A stretch of DNA of 64,000 bases from the human T2T-CHM13v2.0 reference genome, Homo sapiens. The stretch lies in assembly GCF_009914755.1 (NCBI RefSeq), contig NC_060934.1; one strand, 5' to 3'. Of the stretch, positions 13,831-28,597 are shown piece after piece (the stretch's first letter is position 1; every line of letters begins with the position of its first letter). Position numbers and translations under genes: made by a program. The notes under the pieces are model-generated. The model worked only from the letters and a program-made list of their open reading frames with translations, was not told the DNA's origin and made no database searches.

Positions 13831-14210
13831 TCTGTGGTCTTTTGTGCTTCCATACAAATTTTATTATTGTTTTTCTATTTAATTGAACAATGTCATTGAA
13901 ATTTTGATAGGGATGCATCGAATCTGCAAATCTCTTTGGGTAAAATGGACATTTTAACAATATTAATTCTTCTAACCCATGAACGTAGGATATCTTTTAT
14001 TTTGTCTTTTTCAATTTCTTTCATTAATGTTTTACAGTTTTTAGTGTAAAGGTTTTTCATCTCCTTGGTTAAATTTATTCCTAAGAATTTTTTTTTGTAG
14101 TCATTGTAAATGGGATTGTTTCCTTGATGTCTTTTTCAGATAGTTTGTTGTTAGTGTGTAGAAATGCTACTGATATTGTGTGATTTTATATCCTGCAACT
14201 TTACTAAATT
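13831..14210 (-). mobile_element. L1 ORF2 fragment (L1MA/L1PB-like), antisense
   Basis: ttttgatagggatgcatcgaatctg...ttggttaaatttattcctaag...gaaatgctactgat...tatcctgcaactttactaaattc. Confidence 0.8.
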
Positions 14211-16407
14211 CTACACTTTAAATAGGTAAATTTTGTGGTATTTGAATTAACTAGTGATTAGGAAAAACATAAGAGGTGCATGGTTTAGGTTTAATGCGAA
14301 TTCTTGCCTCATCTGTGAGGTTTGAACTCCATTTTGGGTGTGAGTACACTGCTATGGGAGGTTCAAAACTTCTAACCAGTGATATTTTCCTCAAAACCTT
14401 GAGTCATTGTCCCCCTTCTTTGTTTCTTTTCCTCAATTTTTCTTTCTTTTAAAGAGTTTTCTTTTTCTTTTAAAGTTTTACTTTGAAATATTTTGGGTAT
14501 TTGCAAATTATAAAATCATACAATGAATGACCGTGTAGGTATTCACCCAACTGAAGCAATTCAACATTATTAATTTGATTGAGATACAAGTGGACTTTTC
14601 TTCCTCTGGCAAAGTTTTTGTCCTTCCAGAGTATTAGATTTGGTTTTACTAGATTGTATTTTTCTTCACCCTCCTCAAATTTTGCTTAGTGCCCCTTGAT
14701 CTGCTTGATGAGTTTCTGAGAAACATTCTCCTCCCAAAGCATTAGGTGCCCCTCATTTCAGTATTTTAATTTAGGTCTCTAGAAAACCAAAGCTGGCCAT
14801 TGAGGCTCCCCAGCCTTATTTCTCTTTCAGGGCTCACTGTGGATGAAGGGCAGAGATATAACTTAGCAGCACTGCTTATGGCCTCTGGGACTTAATCAGG
14901 ATTTTGAATCACTCAAGAAACATCTCAGGTTCCTTTTCTGTATCCATAGAAATTAGAAGACTAGAAGGGGCAGGTGATACTGAATCTTTGCAAATTGAAT
15001 GCTGCCTCTTGTAGAGATTTTCCAGACTACTCCCTGTAAACAGCCAACAAAAATCCAGCAGGATGGTTTTATACACATATGGGTAAGAGTCATGGTTAGA
15101 TATGATTTGAGGTCTTGAGCATAATTTTAAAAAATGATGCTTAAGAGAGATCAACATAAAAATGTGTGCTTAGGTTCTTAAAATCAATAACATGCAATGT
15201 TGGTACACTAATTAGATCTTCCCAATGCTCTGTTGAAATCATTCCTGGAAACCATTTATGAATCCCAGGGATAGGAGGCCTGCTCACCCTAGTTCTGCAG
15301 AGGGAACATGATGTCATGGACAGTAATGTGCTCGTCAGCTGTGTGCCCCTGGGAGGACAGCTCTGAGTCTTTTCCTTTTGTTGACAGATTCTTCAGCAGC
15401 TCCTGATGGCTTCACAGCTTTGTGCTTCATGGATTATTGTTCCACATGTCACTTTTGTGCATTGTCTTGCTTCTGTTCTTGCAGTTGTGTCTCATATTTC
15501 TCCTCGCTGACACATTTCTGGCTATTTATAAGACCCTGCTGACACCAGCCACGGCTTCTTTTACTGGAGCTGATACAGGATCCTCCCTGCAAATACCCCC
15601 ATTCCTGGGATGAACTGTGACTCCAACTCTATGTCAAAGGAAGGAAATAATGCCTCGGGATGTTGCATTTGGAGTTTGGGGCTAGAACGCCACAGGATGG
15701 AAGGAGGATGGGGCCACTGCCCCTCTGCCATCCCCGGGGCTCAGATCTGAGAGTGTGAACTCTGCGGGAGAGAGTCCCATTAGGACAAATCTACCCATCT
15801 GTCTGCAGCCTGGGAGCTGCCTCAAAGCCCACCTTGTCCATGTGTCCTTCCTCTCCTCTTTGATTGTGTAATGAAACTCCCTAGGTCAGCACAGTTCTTC
15901 TTCCCGAAGCTTCAGATGAGTGGCTTTGCTGAAAACTAAGCTTGCATTTTCCCGAAGCCCTGCCAATTGTGTAGTGGAGAAGGCCTAAAAGCTTTTTGAG
16001 TACCAGTTCTGGGCATTTAGCTTTACTTTCTACCCTTTGTAAACAGCAACAGTAGCAGAGTGTACTTAAAGGACAAACTAGCAGAAAATCCTTTGAGACT
16101 TGAGGCCTTTTCAAGTGTTGAGATGGGTGCCAGGCAAAGTCCTCTATGTGAGTTAAGAGTCATTGTCCATCCCTACAGCTCTCATAGCTGAGGGGCTCAG
16201 TGCTGCTCTGCCTCCTGCCTTGTCTGCAGCTACCTATGGCCTCAGACGTGCCCTTTTCTCTCTTGGCTGGTACCCTTCTGGGGGTGAGCAGAACTTTACA
16301 CCCGTTATCCTCCTTTTTTTTCTCTGGGTTCAGCTTGGGCAGCCAAAAGTACCCAAAAGATTTTCAATATGTTTTTGGACAGTGTGTTGTTAATAGAAGC
16401 ATTATAT

Positions 16408-16468
16408 GTATAATATAATATAATATAATATAATATAATATAATATAATATAATATAATATAATATAT
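16408..16468. repeat. (TAATA)n pentanucleotide microsatellite
   Basis: About 11 perfect TAATA units. Confidence 0.95.
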
Positions 16469-17200
16469 ACCTATTACATGTGGAAACACAGAAATAATGT
16501 TTCTATACGTATAATGTTTCTACATTATGAATGTTTGTATGTGGTGTATGTTTTTGTTTTACATTAACATTACATAATGTTTTACATTATGGACTTTTTG
16601 TATGTTGTGTATATCTTGTTCACGGCTGTATCCCCAGCTTCTAGAACAGTGCCTGGCGCACAGTCAGTCAGTAGTAAGTGGTTTGTCACCTGTGGCAAGT
16701 CTCTTGCAATCTAATCCTCAGTTCCTATACACTTTATAGTGTTAAGATTGACTGATCTATGCTATTGGGTTTGAGATCTTTAGGAAGTGTCCAGCTTTGG
16801 ATCTGGGCTCAATGTTATATTTGGGAAATTTGGAATTTTTCAAAACCACCAGAAATGACAGTTGTATCAGCTTGTGACTGAGAGCGGAGTGTCTATGTGG
16901 TGCTATCTTGGTCCATCTGAATTGAGAATCTGAGGTTCTCTCTAGTGCCCAATGTCTAAACTGCTGCTATCTCTATCATTACAGAAAACCAAGTAGAAAG
17001 TAGGCCAGGTCAGGGTCTGGAAGAACTAGACTGAAGCCCAGGAACATTCTTAGAGAGGTGAACCCTGGGGTGAGCAGGGCCCTTCTGGGAATGGCAGTGG
17101 CCCGAGCATTCCTCTGCTGTGGCTTTGGCCATGACAGGCATGGACCCCAGAGACAGGGAGCTGGAGCTAATGAGCTAGCCTTTAGAAACAGGCTATTCTC

Positions 17201-17643
<443 letters not shown>

Positions 17644-19339
17644 CTACCTTTGGAGAGAACTGAGTCTGAAAGAATACGGCCTTGAGCTACTGAGGGCTCA
17701 CTGCTCTAGGAGAAAAGGGCAGTGAATGTCTGAAGCTGGGGAAAGTAAGGGAATCAGAAGGATGTCTTGGACCAAGGCCCTGTTGTGAATTCAGCAGTGT
17801 TGCTTCTAGGAGCAGAGAGCATGGTTTAGCCAGAGAAGATCACCAATAGAGGAATGAGAATGAAGATGTGTGTGTGTTGACTCAGTCACACGGTGAGGCT
17901 CAGGGAGAGACAAAGGGACAATAGCAAAAGCCCAAATGTTGTGTAGGATGCAGAAGAGGCAGGAGGGAGGTGATTTCCTCTTGTCTAAAGCTGCTTGGTG
18001 TTCTAAGCAGGCTAAGACGAGAGACCCTGCCATTGTGGAGCTTCTATTCTCATGGAGAATTCAGGATATCAAACATGATTCCACTCATCAGAAATGTCTG
18101 AGTCGAATCTCTGTTCTAGCCAAGAGTCTTAGGGAGCTTGAAGGTAAATTCGATACAACTCTACTTTTCTATGCTGTCTGTGTCCCATGACATATTCTCC
18201 AGATCCACAATGGTGGAGAGTTCACTGCATCATGAAACAGCTCATTTGTCACAACTCAGGTAGCCAGGGGACCCTGGAAGCATCCTGAGCCCTCAACAAC
18301 ACAGGCCTATTTAGGGAGGAAGAGGCTGGACCAATGAAATAGGGTTCGTACACAGCAAGCAGAGATGGAGTGAACTGCTGGGGGAGTATGGGAACTGGTG
18401 GCTGAGTTCCTCTTCTGCAGGGCAAGGCAGCTTCCACTGGGCTGGGGGACAGCAGAACCATGTGGGGGCAGTCAGGATGGTTTTCCCACAGCATGCTATA
18501 CCTTCCATCTTTCCATTTCCATTAGCCTTGGATTTTAGTCCCTGTGGGATAGTAAGAGCATGTCTTTGCTGCAACCAAGGAAGAAGCTGGAGCTGAATAC
18601 ACCACCTAGAGAAGGAAAGGTCTTGCTAAAATATCTACATTGCTCTGGGCAGCCCTGGAGAACAATTCTGGAAAACAGAGAGAACAGAGAAACCAAAAAT
18701 GTGAAGACAAGCTTGTCAGTTTGCAGAAGTTTTTTCATTTTAGCTGATATGTGTTTATCGAGAACACGTTATAACCGTGGTCCTTGGATGGGTGAATGGG
18801 ATCTCAGGGTTATTACCCATCGATGTGTGAAAGTTAAGTACTGACAGCAGGAATGGGGTGTAGGTGCCACCTTAGTGGGACAAACATCGCAACTGTGGAT
18901 GGAGGGTTAGCAAAGACTTAGAGCAGGAGTGAGAATGATGGGCAGGACCCACATAGGGAGAAGGTAGAAGAGGCCTTTCAGAGGTAGAAGTGACACCAAG
19001 GAAGACTCAGCCACAGGACTTGACAAAGCATTTCTGAGAGACCGAAAGACCCATCTGGGTATAATGGATGCAAAAGAGAGAGGAGGTAGACAGGAAAGTT
19101 GGGGCCAAATGGGGAAGAATTTTGCATGCTGCGTGAAGGAGTTTGCATCTCATGTTTAGCCACTCCATCAGTTTCCTTCCAACTCCTCTGTTGGGAGGCA
19201 GTTTCCCGCTCCATAAGTCCTGATGAGTGGTCTTCGTGTGCCTTTGTGTCTCAGACTCGAGTTCTATTCCACTATCACCATATTTTCTACAAGGCGATGG
19301 CCTTCAGACCCTGGGTTCTTCCACAAAGGCAGGGAAGTG

Positions 19340-19530
19340 CAGTGGGCAGATGTGCAGGCTGGGAACCTGGCTGACCTGGGCTATAATCCTGCCCCTGCCC
19401 CCCATTAGCTTCATGATCATAAGCAAGGACTTCACTGCTCCAGCCTCAGTGATCTCATCTTTAAAATGGGGAAATTAGCATCCGCCTAACATGTATGGTC
19501 AGTGGTGGTGTGCATGTGAGCGTGCCTGGG
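19340..19530 (+). mobile_element. MIR SINE
   Basis: gacctgggctataatcctgcccctgcc...gcctcagtgatctcatctttaaaatgggg. Confidence 0.65.
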
Positions 19531-20309
19531 AAACCGAAGCACCTCCCCTTATTCTCTGTGCTTCTGGGTTCCTGTGGTGCTGTTTGGTGTGAAATAAAGA
19601 ACTAACTGACCTTGAACTCAGTATTCATGTCTTTTTAATATTTTTCTGCTATGTTGGCAAGGTGCTCAATAACAAGAAGCTAAGACAGGGAAATCGTCTA
19701 GAAACTTTGAATCCACAGAGGGAAAATAATACAAATATCTAAGTGCCATGTATGCAATATAAATTCATAAGGTATATTGCACATTTTAGAAATATATCGC
19801 CTCACTATATATTCTAAATGTCACATAATGGGCTCAGTTTTCTGATATCTCAAATATATCTTCCAGGCTGTCAAGTATATTTTAGAAATGAGTATCTTTT
19901 TAATGGCCCATAGTGGGTAACCTCAGCAGAATAGGAGAAAATTCATTATTTCTCCTGGTGCTAAGTGACTTTTACATTCAGAGGTGGTCAGGGAGAGTGA
20001 AAAAAGAGACAGTTCTTTTTGGTTTGTGGCTTAGGAAGGGTTAGGGAGGTAAAATGCATTCACAGGGCACTATAGAAATGGCCTGGATGGGAGATGAAAA
20101 CTATGCTAAATAATGGGAGTGGGAAGGGTGGGGGAGCCTCTGCTGAGCCAGATGAATAGTCTGGGCAGTGGAATACCGGCCAGCATAAGCCCGAGACGCT
20201 GTTTAACATTCTGGCTCCATGGCACTTTCCAGGAGAGAAAGGGAAGGATTTGTTGCCACTGCTATAGGGGTGGGAAGGGAGAACAGAGGGGGAGGGAGTG
20301 AAACTATAT

Positions 20310-20510
20310 TGGGTACCAACTGCAGGACAGACACTTCATCTAGGTTTTCTTATTTAATCTTCCTCAGATCCTTGGAGGGTGGCATTTTTATCTCTATTTT
20401 GCTGACAAAGGAACAGGTTCAGAGCTAAGTAACATGCTAAAGGTTATACTGCTTGGGCCTGGAGCCCAGATGCATATGACTCCAAGTCCAGCCCCATGAG
20501 TACAGGATGT
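20310..20510 (-). mobile_element. MIR SINE
   Basis: tatttaatcttcctcag...tctattttgctgacaaaggaacaggttcagagctaagtaacatgc. Confidence 0.6.
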
Positions 20511-22024
20511 GAGGTAGGCCCCTTTGCATTTGCTGAGGGCTAGCCTGCTGGCAAGGCTGCCCTGAATTTTCTCCTGGAGATGGTGGCCAAATGATCTTCA
20601 AGGGCTCCAGTCCCTGCCAGTTGTTTATCATCAGCATCTGCAGCAGCAGGAGGAGCTCAGGCAAGGGAGGTTTTCCTAAATGCATCTAGAGGAAAATGCA
20701 AAGGCCTGTCCCCAGGTCTTCTTCTCTTTGACAAACTCTATTCCTTACCCGAATACTAACAGTTGTCAGTCTGAAGACTTGGCGGGAAGGATGCAGAAGA
20801 CAGGAAGCAAGGACCAAGGCACTGCCGAGGCAATTCTGCTGGAGTAGGAGGCTTCCACTCAACCTCACTGCAAATGGACAGTGGGATACCCTTCCTGGCA
20901 AGAAGCTGAGCAGCTCTGTTGACCTGGGAAGGAAGGGCCCACTCAGGCATTAGAGTGTCTCCAGGCCTATGAGCTTAATGGAGAGATTGGCAGGGCTGGG
21001 GGACAGGGCACCCTCCAGAGGCCTGCCCTCACGGAAAAGACTGAAGACTCTGAGAAAGGTCATCAGTTAAGTAAGACCAGATGATGGGTGGGAGTTAAAG
21101 TGCAGAGGGAGGGAGAAGGAAGGGTCAGAGTGGGCAAAGGGGAGTGTTCAGGAGAAATTCTGAAGGTGTCCTGTTGAAGCTCCTGTTATTTTTACTATTC
21201 ACAGAAGGCTTCTACTCTGAGAGATTGGGGCTTATTTACATGAAGGAGGAAGGAAAGGACATGGTAGACCTTGTCCTGGCTAAGCTGGACCACTGAGGTC
21301 CCCACCTGCACAGGGTCTGCTGCCCCAAGGTGGCTTCTCAGAGGGGGAGATCTTCATGTCATGGGCCTGATTTCTTGGAGTTTTTACAGCCCTGAAGCCC
21401 ACTCTTCTCCATGCCTCTGCCACCAAGCTCTGCCTTTGTCTGGAGGCAATCCAGAGCCAGGTAGGACAAAGGAACACCATCCCTCGGGGCTCATTTCTGG
21501 ATCCCATTTGGTGTGGTTCCAGCCTTGTTCTCAGTCTGAGACTCATCCAGGACTCAGTTCAGGTGAGTGGATCTTACCTTTTTCTGAGGCTACCCCATCC
21601 TTTCTTTGAAAAGGGTCCCTGCCCAGGACACCTGCCCCTCAGGCCTGGGGCTCTGGTCCCAAACTCTTTCTCCTTTACTGGGGCTGGCTCTGAGCTTCAG
21701 AAGCCTTTGAGAAGTCCCTTTCCCAAATCGTCTGGCCAGCCCTGCCCTCCAGCCTGTCCTCCAGGTCAGGTCTGTAGCTTGAGGGTTCATGTTTAATGGC
21801 CAGCAGGAGCCTGACATGCTGATTGTGAGCACTGAGGTCCATTCAGAATGGGCACTGCCCATGCTGCAGGCAGAAACTATCTTCAACATTATCCCCATAA
21901 ACACTTGCTCTGCACCAATTCTTTTGCTGCTGACCTTGCTGAGCTTGACTGTGTCTTGGGATATGATGCCATTCACCTGCCTTAAGTGACAGGATGGAAC
22001 TCTGACTATAATGATTGTAATAAC

Positions 22025-22560
22025 AGAATTTATTGAGTTCTCCTGAGTGTCCTAAGGTCTTCTCTAAATACTTTTTGTCATCTAACTTATTGCAGCCTTC
22101 CGGCTCTGATGATCCTCATTTTACAGATGAGAACGCTGCCCATGGTCATCCAGCTGAGATCTGGTAGAGGCAGGATTCAAACCCTGGCAGTCTTACTTCC
22201 AAGCCAGAACTTTTGTCTGCTCCATTTCCCTGCACATAAATCCTGTGCAAATGCAGGTTGGGCCACGGGATAGGAGAACATCAAGCATTCCTGGAGCTTA
22301 GACAGAAACTCTGATCCAGAGCAGCCTTTCAAAGCAAAGAAGGGTGCAGTCTAGAATGCAGGCTTTGGAGTGAGACAAACATGCGTTGAAATCATCAGCC
22401 TTGTGGTTCTGGGTGAGTTGTTATGCTTTGAACCTCAGTTCACCCATCTATAAAATGGGCTTAATGACTGCTACTTTCCAGGGTTTTGTGTGAAATAAAA
22501 ACATTGAACATGGTACCTGAAATGTTTATCATGAAAGCTCAATGGCTGAAAGCTCTTATT
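22025..22560. mobile_element. Two MIRs in opposite orientation (about 22025-22225 minus, 22340-22560 plus)
   Basis: cctcattttacagatgagaac...ggattcaaaccctggcagtct, and gaacctcagttcacccatctataaaatggg. Confidence 0.7.
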
Positions 22561-22908
22561 ACTGAGACGCACAGGAAGCTACAGCCTTTGTAGCAAGTTG
22601 TTCCAGGCTACTTTTGCTTCTGCTGGAGGCAACCCTGGACAAATGCCATGGAAATATCTCTCCTTGCTAATAATTACCCAAATGCTTTGACAGAAGACTC
22701 AGGGAAGCATCATTACAGAGAGCCTCTTCTGTACAGCCCCTTGGAAAAACTCTAGCTTTTTGCAGCAGCTTCTGCTGGCCCCCAGAGAGCTGGACAACAA
22801 GCAAAATGTTGAGTGGTAAGGAGGAGATAGGCACAGGCCTGCTCCAAAGGGGCTTCCCAGGCAATGGGAGACAGCACCATACAGTGTAGGTTGTGACATG
22901 AGTGGCCT

Positions 22909-23369
22909 CGTCAACAGATTCACTGAAAATAATTTTCTTTAAAAAAGGAAAAAGACTATTCCAGTGAACTGTTTGCAAACTAGAAAGATGCAGACTTCAG
23001 TATAAAACAAAGGCGCATTCCAAGCGAACAAAGACAGGTTTTGTCTTTTAGAGAGAAAGTTCCAACCCAGGTTCCCACTCTGGTCTGCTTATGCAAATAA
23101 AGGATGTAAACTTGGTGAGTTCTGATTGATTGAGGCTTGCTGATTTCTGATTGGTCAAGGCAGGTCACCATCTTGGTTGATTCAGGTGGCATAAACAGGA
23201 ACAGATAGCTATGAATACCCCAAAGTTAAGCAAGCCTGGGGTTTTACCCTGAATGCAGAGTACACGTGTGACCTCTAGGAAGCAAATGACTTCTTGGATC
23301 TATTTTGAATTTAGGTCCCGTTAGCCATTCAGAATCCATCTTGAGGGATTGATTCTTTTAGGATTCACA
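22909..23369 (-). mobile_element. MER67-like ERV1 solo LTR inserted into an MLT1 LTR
   Basis: Antisense start tgtgaatcctaaaagaatcaatccctcaagatggattctgaatggctaac; CCAAT-box motif ctgattgg; octamer ATGCAAAT at 23091-23098; near-TSD gcct/gtct. Confidence 0.65.
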
Positions 23370-23640
23370 GTCTCTGGTGAGTCCTACCTTCTCGTATTCA
23401 TGTTCTTGTATAGAACCCTCCCAGGTGTATGACTACTTTGGCCACTGGGACACCAACCGATGTGAAGTAAGCAGAGGCTCAACTGATAATGTGGCCTAGA
23501 ATGTGATGAGGCCAAGGCAGCCATGCAGAGAGATCACATGGAGGAGAACTGAGATGCCCCACAGCCCAGCCACAAGTGCTAGACACGGGAATGAGGCATC
23601 AGATACAAACCAGCCCCCAGCTGACTTTCTGTGACCACAA
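23370..23640 (+). mobile_element. MLT1 (MaLR) LTR remnant
   Basis: gcagccatgcagagagatcacatggaggagaactgagatgccccacagcccagcc. Confidence 0.6.
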
Positions 23641-24954
23641 ATGCATAGAGCTTTCTTCTCTAAAATTTGAGAAGTACCAGGGTTTCCCTCACATGCTTCC
23701 CCAGGGACCTGGCTGTTGGACATGCTTTCTCACCTTCTCATCTCCTAAAGATGTGGATAAATTTAATCTGCAATGGCTTTCGTGGGGCCTCTCTGCCATG
23801 ACTTGTCTGTCTGCACACAGCAAAGGGTAGGTTGACTCTATGCAGTAATTTGTTCTGTGGACCAGGCAATGTGCTACACTTCCAATGTGCTATCTGGACA
23901 GCAGTCCCATACAACCTCTGATTTTGCTGAACTTCAGGCTCACTTGCATGCAGGAGTCACACCTGCCCAGCCATTCCTACTTCCATACACAGAGTCAGTT
24001 GTGTTTATTTGCATACACTTTTACATAGACACACATCGGGCTCTGCCTAGCTTTGTGGCAGCTCATTTTCTGTGTGTATCAAGGACAGTGCTTTCACTCG
24101 AAATGAGGTTCTCCATTCATTCCTGGGACTCTAGAGGCAGACTCGTTAAGAATGCGTAGCCAGCCTGCTCTTCTGCTCTGTGAAGGGTGTTAAATACTCA
24201 CATACCACAGCTCTGCCAAGGAGCAAGGATAAATATGGCAGGTATGAAATGGGTCTAAATTGCTCTTGATGGCTCTATTCAATAATGTTGGTCTTTTCCT
24301 TACAGTGCTATATAACAATAGTCATTTTCAAAATGGGGTGCTGCAGTTGTTTTTAAGGAGGAGTTGACAATTTTGACCTACAGAGTAGTAATTTGCAAAA
24401 TGTTCTTTCTTTGAGCCATTCACTGGGAAATGCGGGAAGCCCAGAAGTACAGAACTTGAGGCAAAAACGGCTGTAGCTAATGATAGCCTAAGTGCAGAGA
24501 GAGCACACAGGCTGTGCAGTGATGTTCTGGAGTCGGAACTGAGGCCAGGGAGAGGCAGAAGTGAGAGTTTCATTATAGACAATTGGGCTCAGAAGACCCT
24601 GAATAAATCTTATTTTACATCACTTTGCAGGCACACTTTACATTGTTGGCTCTGCACTTCACAGCCTCAAAATGGGATTCGATCCAGGGAAGTAACTGCA
24701 TTAGACAAAGGGACAGTGGTTTCTAGAACCACTTACAATAGTTACCTGTTAAATGCTCTGAATCCCCCAGAACATGTGCTGAGTGCTTAGATTATTTATG
24801 CAAATTCATAGGAGTAGTCCAAGGAACTCTGCCTGATTTTGATTGCACTTGGAAATTACGGGTACAAATGATTTGTTCTTTCCTCTCTCATGCTTGTTTA
24901 TGTGAGTACCCAAGTTGTGTATATTTTATGTATACTCATCTCAGGCACTTTTAC

Positions 24955-24995
24955 ATTATTATTATTATTATTATTATTGTTATTATCATTATTAT
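24955..24995. repeat. (ATT)n trinucleotide repeat
   Basis: About 13 ATT units with two interruptions. Confidence 0.9.
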
Positions 24996-26277
24996 TTGCT
25001 CCTGAGTGGGATATTCATTTCTGAATTTTCCATGTTTCTCCACCCTTGCACACCAACGTATGAAGGTAGACAGGCAATTCTGTCCCCTGACTTGATTGGT
25101 GGATGTGGTGGGTGGGAGAGAGAGTTCGTTCCAGGGCCCAAAGCAGAAGAGGCTTTGAAGACATTGCCTTCTCTGGCTTTGAATTTTCTGTAGCCTGAAG
25201 CCCTGAAGAAATGTCATTAAAGGCCTTTCAGGGTAACAAGGGGAGGGAAGAAGTGTTTTCTGTAGTCCAAGAAATAAGATTAGAGATCAGTCGGTCAGGA
25301 CAGGAATGACAGGGTTAGTGAGAGTAGGAGTGCTCCCAGCCTGGTGGTAGCTCTGTAGAAGGAGCAAGACCCTAGGGGAAATCATTGCTTTGTATGACCA
25401 ACCAGGAAAAGTCACATACAATTCCCAGCCTTAGTAGAAATTCCCTTACCTGTCATGCACCATGGAAGGAAGTACTGCTGGATCCCAAGGGCCTACTTTT
25501 TGGCATGACACCATGAAGATGTCAGTAGCAACCACGATGGGAGCTGGAGGCTTCCCTGCTGTTTTAGAAACATCATTTATGTGTCCACTTATTATAAACT
25601 TGGGAGGGAAGGAGGCTTCAGTAACAAATGAGATTGAATTTTTTGTTGACAATTATTTTCTTACCTTTTCAAAACTATATTTAAATGGATGTGAAGACCA
25701 ATTAATAACAATAGGGAATAGAAAGCTGGGTGAGGAAAGGTATTTGGATCCCCAAAAGATGAAGGCCTTCAGGAGGAGATCAGTTGAGTAGGATTTCTGG
25801 TTCATCTTTTGGCTTCTATGTCTTCGAGATTTTATAACAGAACCTTCTGGGGAAGTCAGTGGGAAAGGCCACACAGGAGGCTCCAGGGCCTGCAGGGGCA
25901 TGTAGCAAGGGTGCAGTGTGGACAAAGTGCTGGGTGTTCTCAGGAATGTGGTTAGGAGGATTGGACTGCTCTCAATTTTCTGCTTTTAAATTTACCATGG
26001 CCAGTGACAGGCTTTCAGGGTAAGGACAAAGCAGAACACTTCAGTGGGGGTGACATTAAAGTCCTAATGAGAGAACTTCATCATCTCTTGATTCTGTAAA
26101 GTAAAATAAGAATAAGAATCTGGGCTAGGCTCAGCCAAACATTATCAGTTAAAAACATTTAAGAATCGACAGCAACAGAAGACACGCTGGTGCTACCAGC
26201 CCTCCGCGTGTCTTCCTTTTTAATCCCTGTGCTTCTGTGTGCTGGCAGCTCTGTGCGGGGCATGGTGACTGCCCTGA

Positions 26278-26420
26278 ACATTAGTCAGGATGGGCTAAGT
26301 TACTGTGGTAACAGTAACGTCATATCTCAGTGGCTTAAAACAATAACATTTCTTTCTCTCTCACGTTACATCCTCATTGCACATGGACTGGAGGCTCTGC
26401 TTCATGTCAACTTCACTCAG
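26278..26420 (-). mobile_element. MLT1 (K/L-like) LTR fragment
   Basis: attagtcaggatgggctaagttactgtggtaacag...ctcagtggcttaaaacaataacatttctttctctctcac. Confidence 0.65.
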
Positions 26421-27546
26421 GCAGGGAGGGAGATTCCTTCTTCATGTTTCCCTGGAAAATGGGCCACTGTCCTGCTTTCAACACTTCAGAGCCCCAAGCT
26501 TTGGAGTGCCTTCCTTGAAATTGTCTGTGTCCCACTCTGGTGGCTGTGACCAGCAAGGGCTGGCAGGGTTCCCCGAGTTTGGATCTGCTGCCAAATGGGT
26601 CCCAGTTGTTGGAAATGCATACCTTGAAATTTTCTACGTCCCCATGCAGTACCTGGGACTGGCGGGGCCAGAGCTGGCAGAGCTATCTTGGTGGTGTACC
26701 CTGAGGACACCTCTGAGATGACTGTTGGTCCCAGTCCTGTTTCCTTTTGTGAGAGTACTTGCTGACCAGCTATCAAGTTTATGGGGTCAGCCAGATGCCC
26801 TGAGGACCATCTCACCTCAACCTTGCACCTATGGGTTCATGTTGAACCCAGCAGCCAGACCCAGGTTCCAGGAGAGAGGTCTGGAAAGTGAACCACTCCA
26901 GCTGGCCACCATGGTGCTTGTTTTATGGGCACTGGGGCACCAGAATGGTATGAAAATGCTGATTTGGGGTGACTCTCACTCACGTTAGATACAGGATGAA
27001 TTCAGGGATCTGGGCTACTGACAGCCCACTGCTGATTCTTGCATTTGACCTGTGCATGTGGGTCCATGTACATCATGCATATTCCAATCACAGCTGCCTC
27101 TGGTCTGTGGCACCCAATGGGAGCAGGAGTGGTGATGGGGGTTCTTTATGCTGTACACTTTCTCATCACTGGCTACCAGGTGGTCACTCCACCCCCTCCA
27201 CAGTCTCTATGACAAGGGTTTGGTAGTTCCCGGGGTTTTGTATTTTTCTCATCTGTTCTTTGTTCTCCTTATTTTTCTGCCTTCTTTTGGGTTGAGTATA
27301 TTTTATGATTCCATTTTTATTTCCTTTGTTATCTTATTAGCTTTAACTGTTTGTTGTAGTATTTTGGTGGTTACTTTAGAATTAATTTATAGTATACATC
27401 TATAACCTATCACATTCTACCTTCAAGTAGAATATTATACCACTTCATGGATAGTATAAGAATCTTACAACACTTTAATACTTTCATTTTTTCCCTCCTA
27501 GCCTTTGCACTTTTGTTGTCAAACATTTTACTTCTACATATGTTAA

Positions 27547-27872
<326 letters not shown>

Positions 27873-28206
27873 TATTTTTTACTTTAAATAATCAGTAATC
27901 TTTCAGATAGATTTAAATCATAAGAATTTTTTTTAATGTTTCTCCACATGGTTGCTATTTTCAGGGCTCTTTGGTTCTTTGTGTACATCCAGATTTCTAT
28001 CTGAAATAATTTTCCTTCTATGTGAAAAATATTCTTTCACTTTTATGATAGTGCAGGTCTGCTGATAATGGATTCTTTCAGCATTTGTATGTTTAGCATG
28101 TTTTTATTTTGCCTTCATTTTTGAGTGACATTTTCACTCATTATGGAATTCTAGGTTGACTTGTTTTTGTTTTTGTTTACCTTTCAGTACTATTAAAGCT
28201 GTTGCT

Positions 28207-28597
<391 letters not shown>

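Noticed and set aside
26420-27210. Possible ancient ERV/MaLR internal sequence following the MLT1 fragment
   Set aside because: Only vague resemblance, with no convincing gag/pol motif in the translations.
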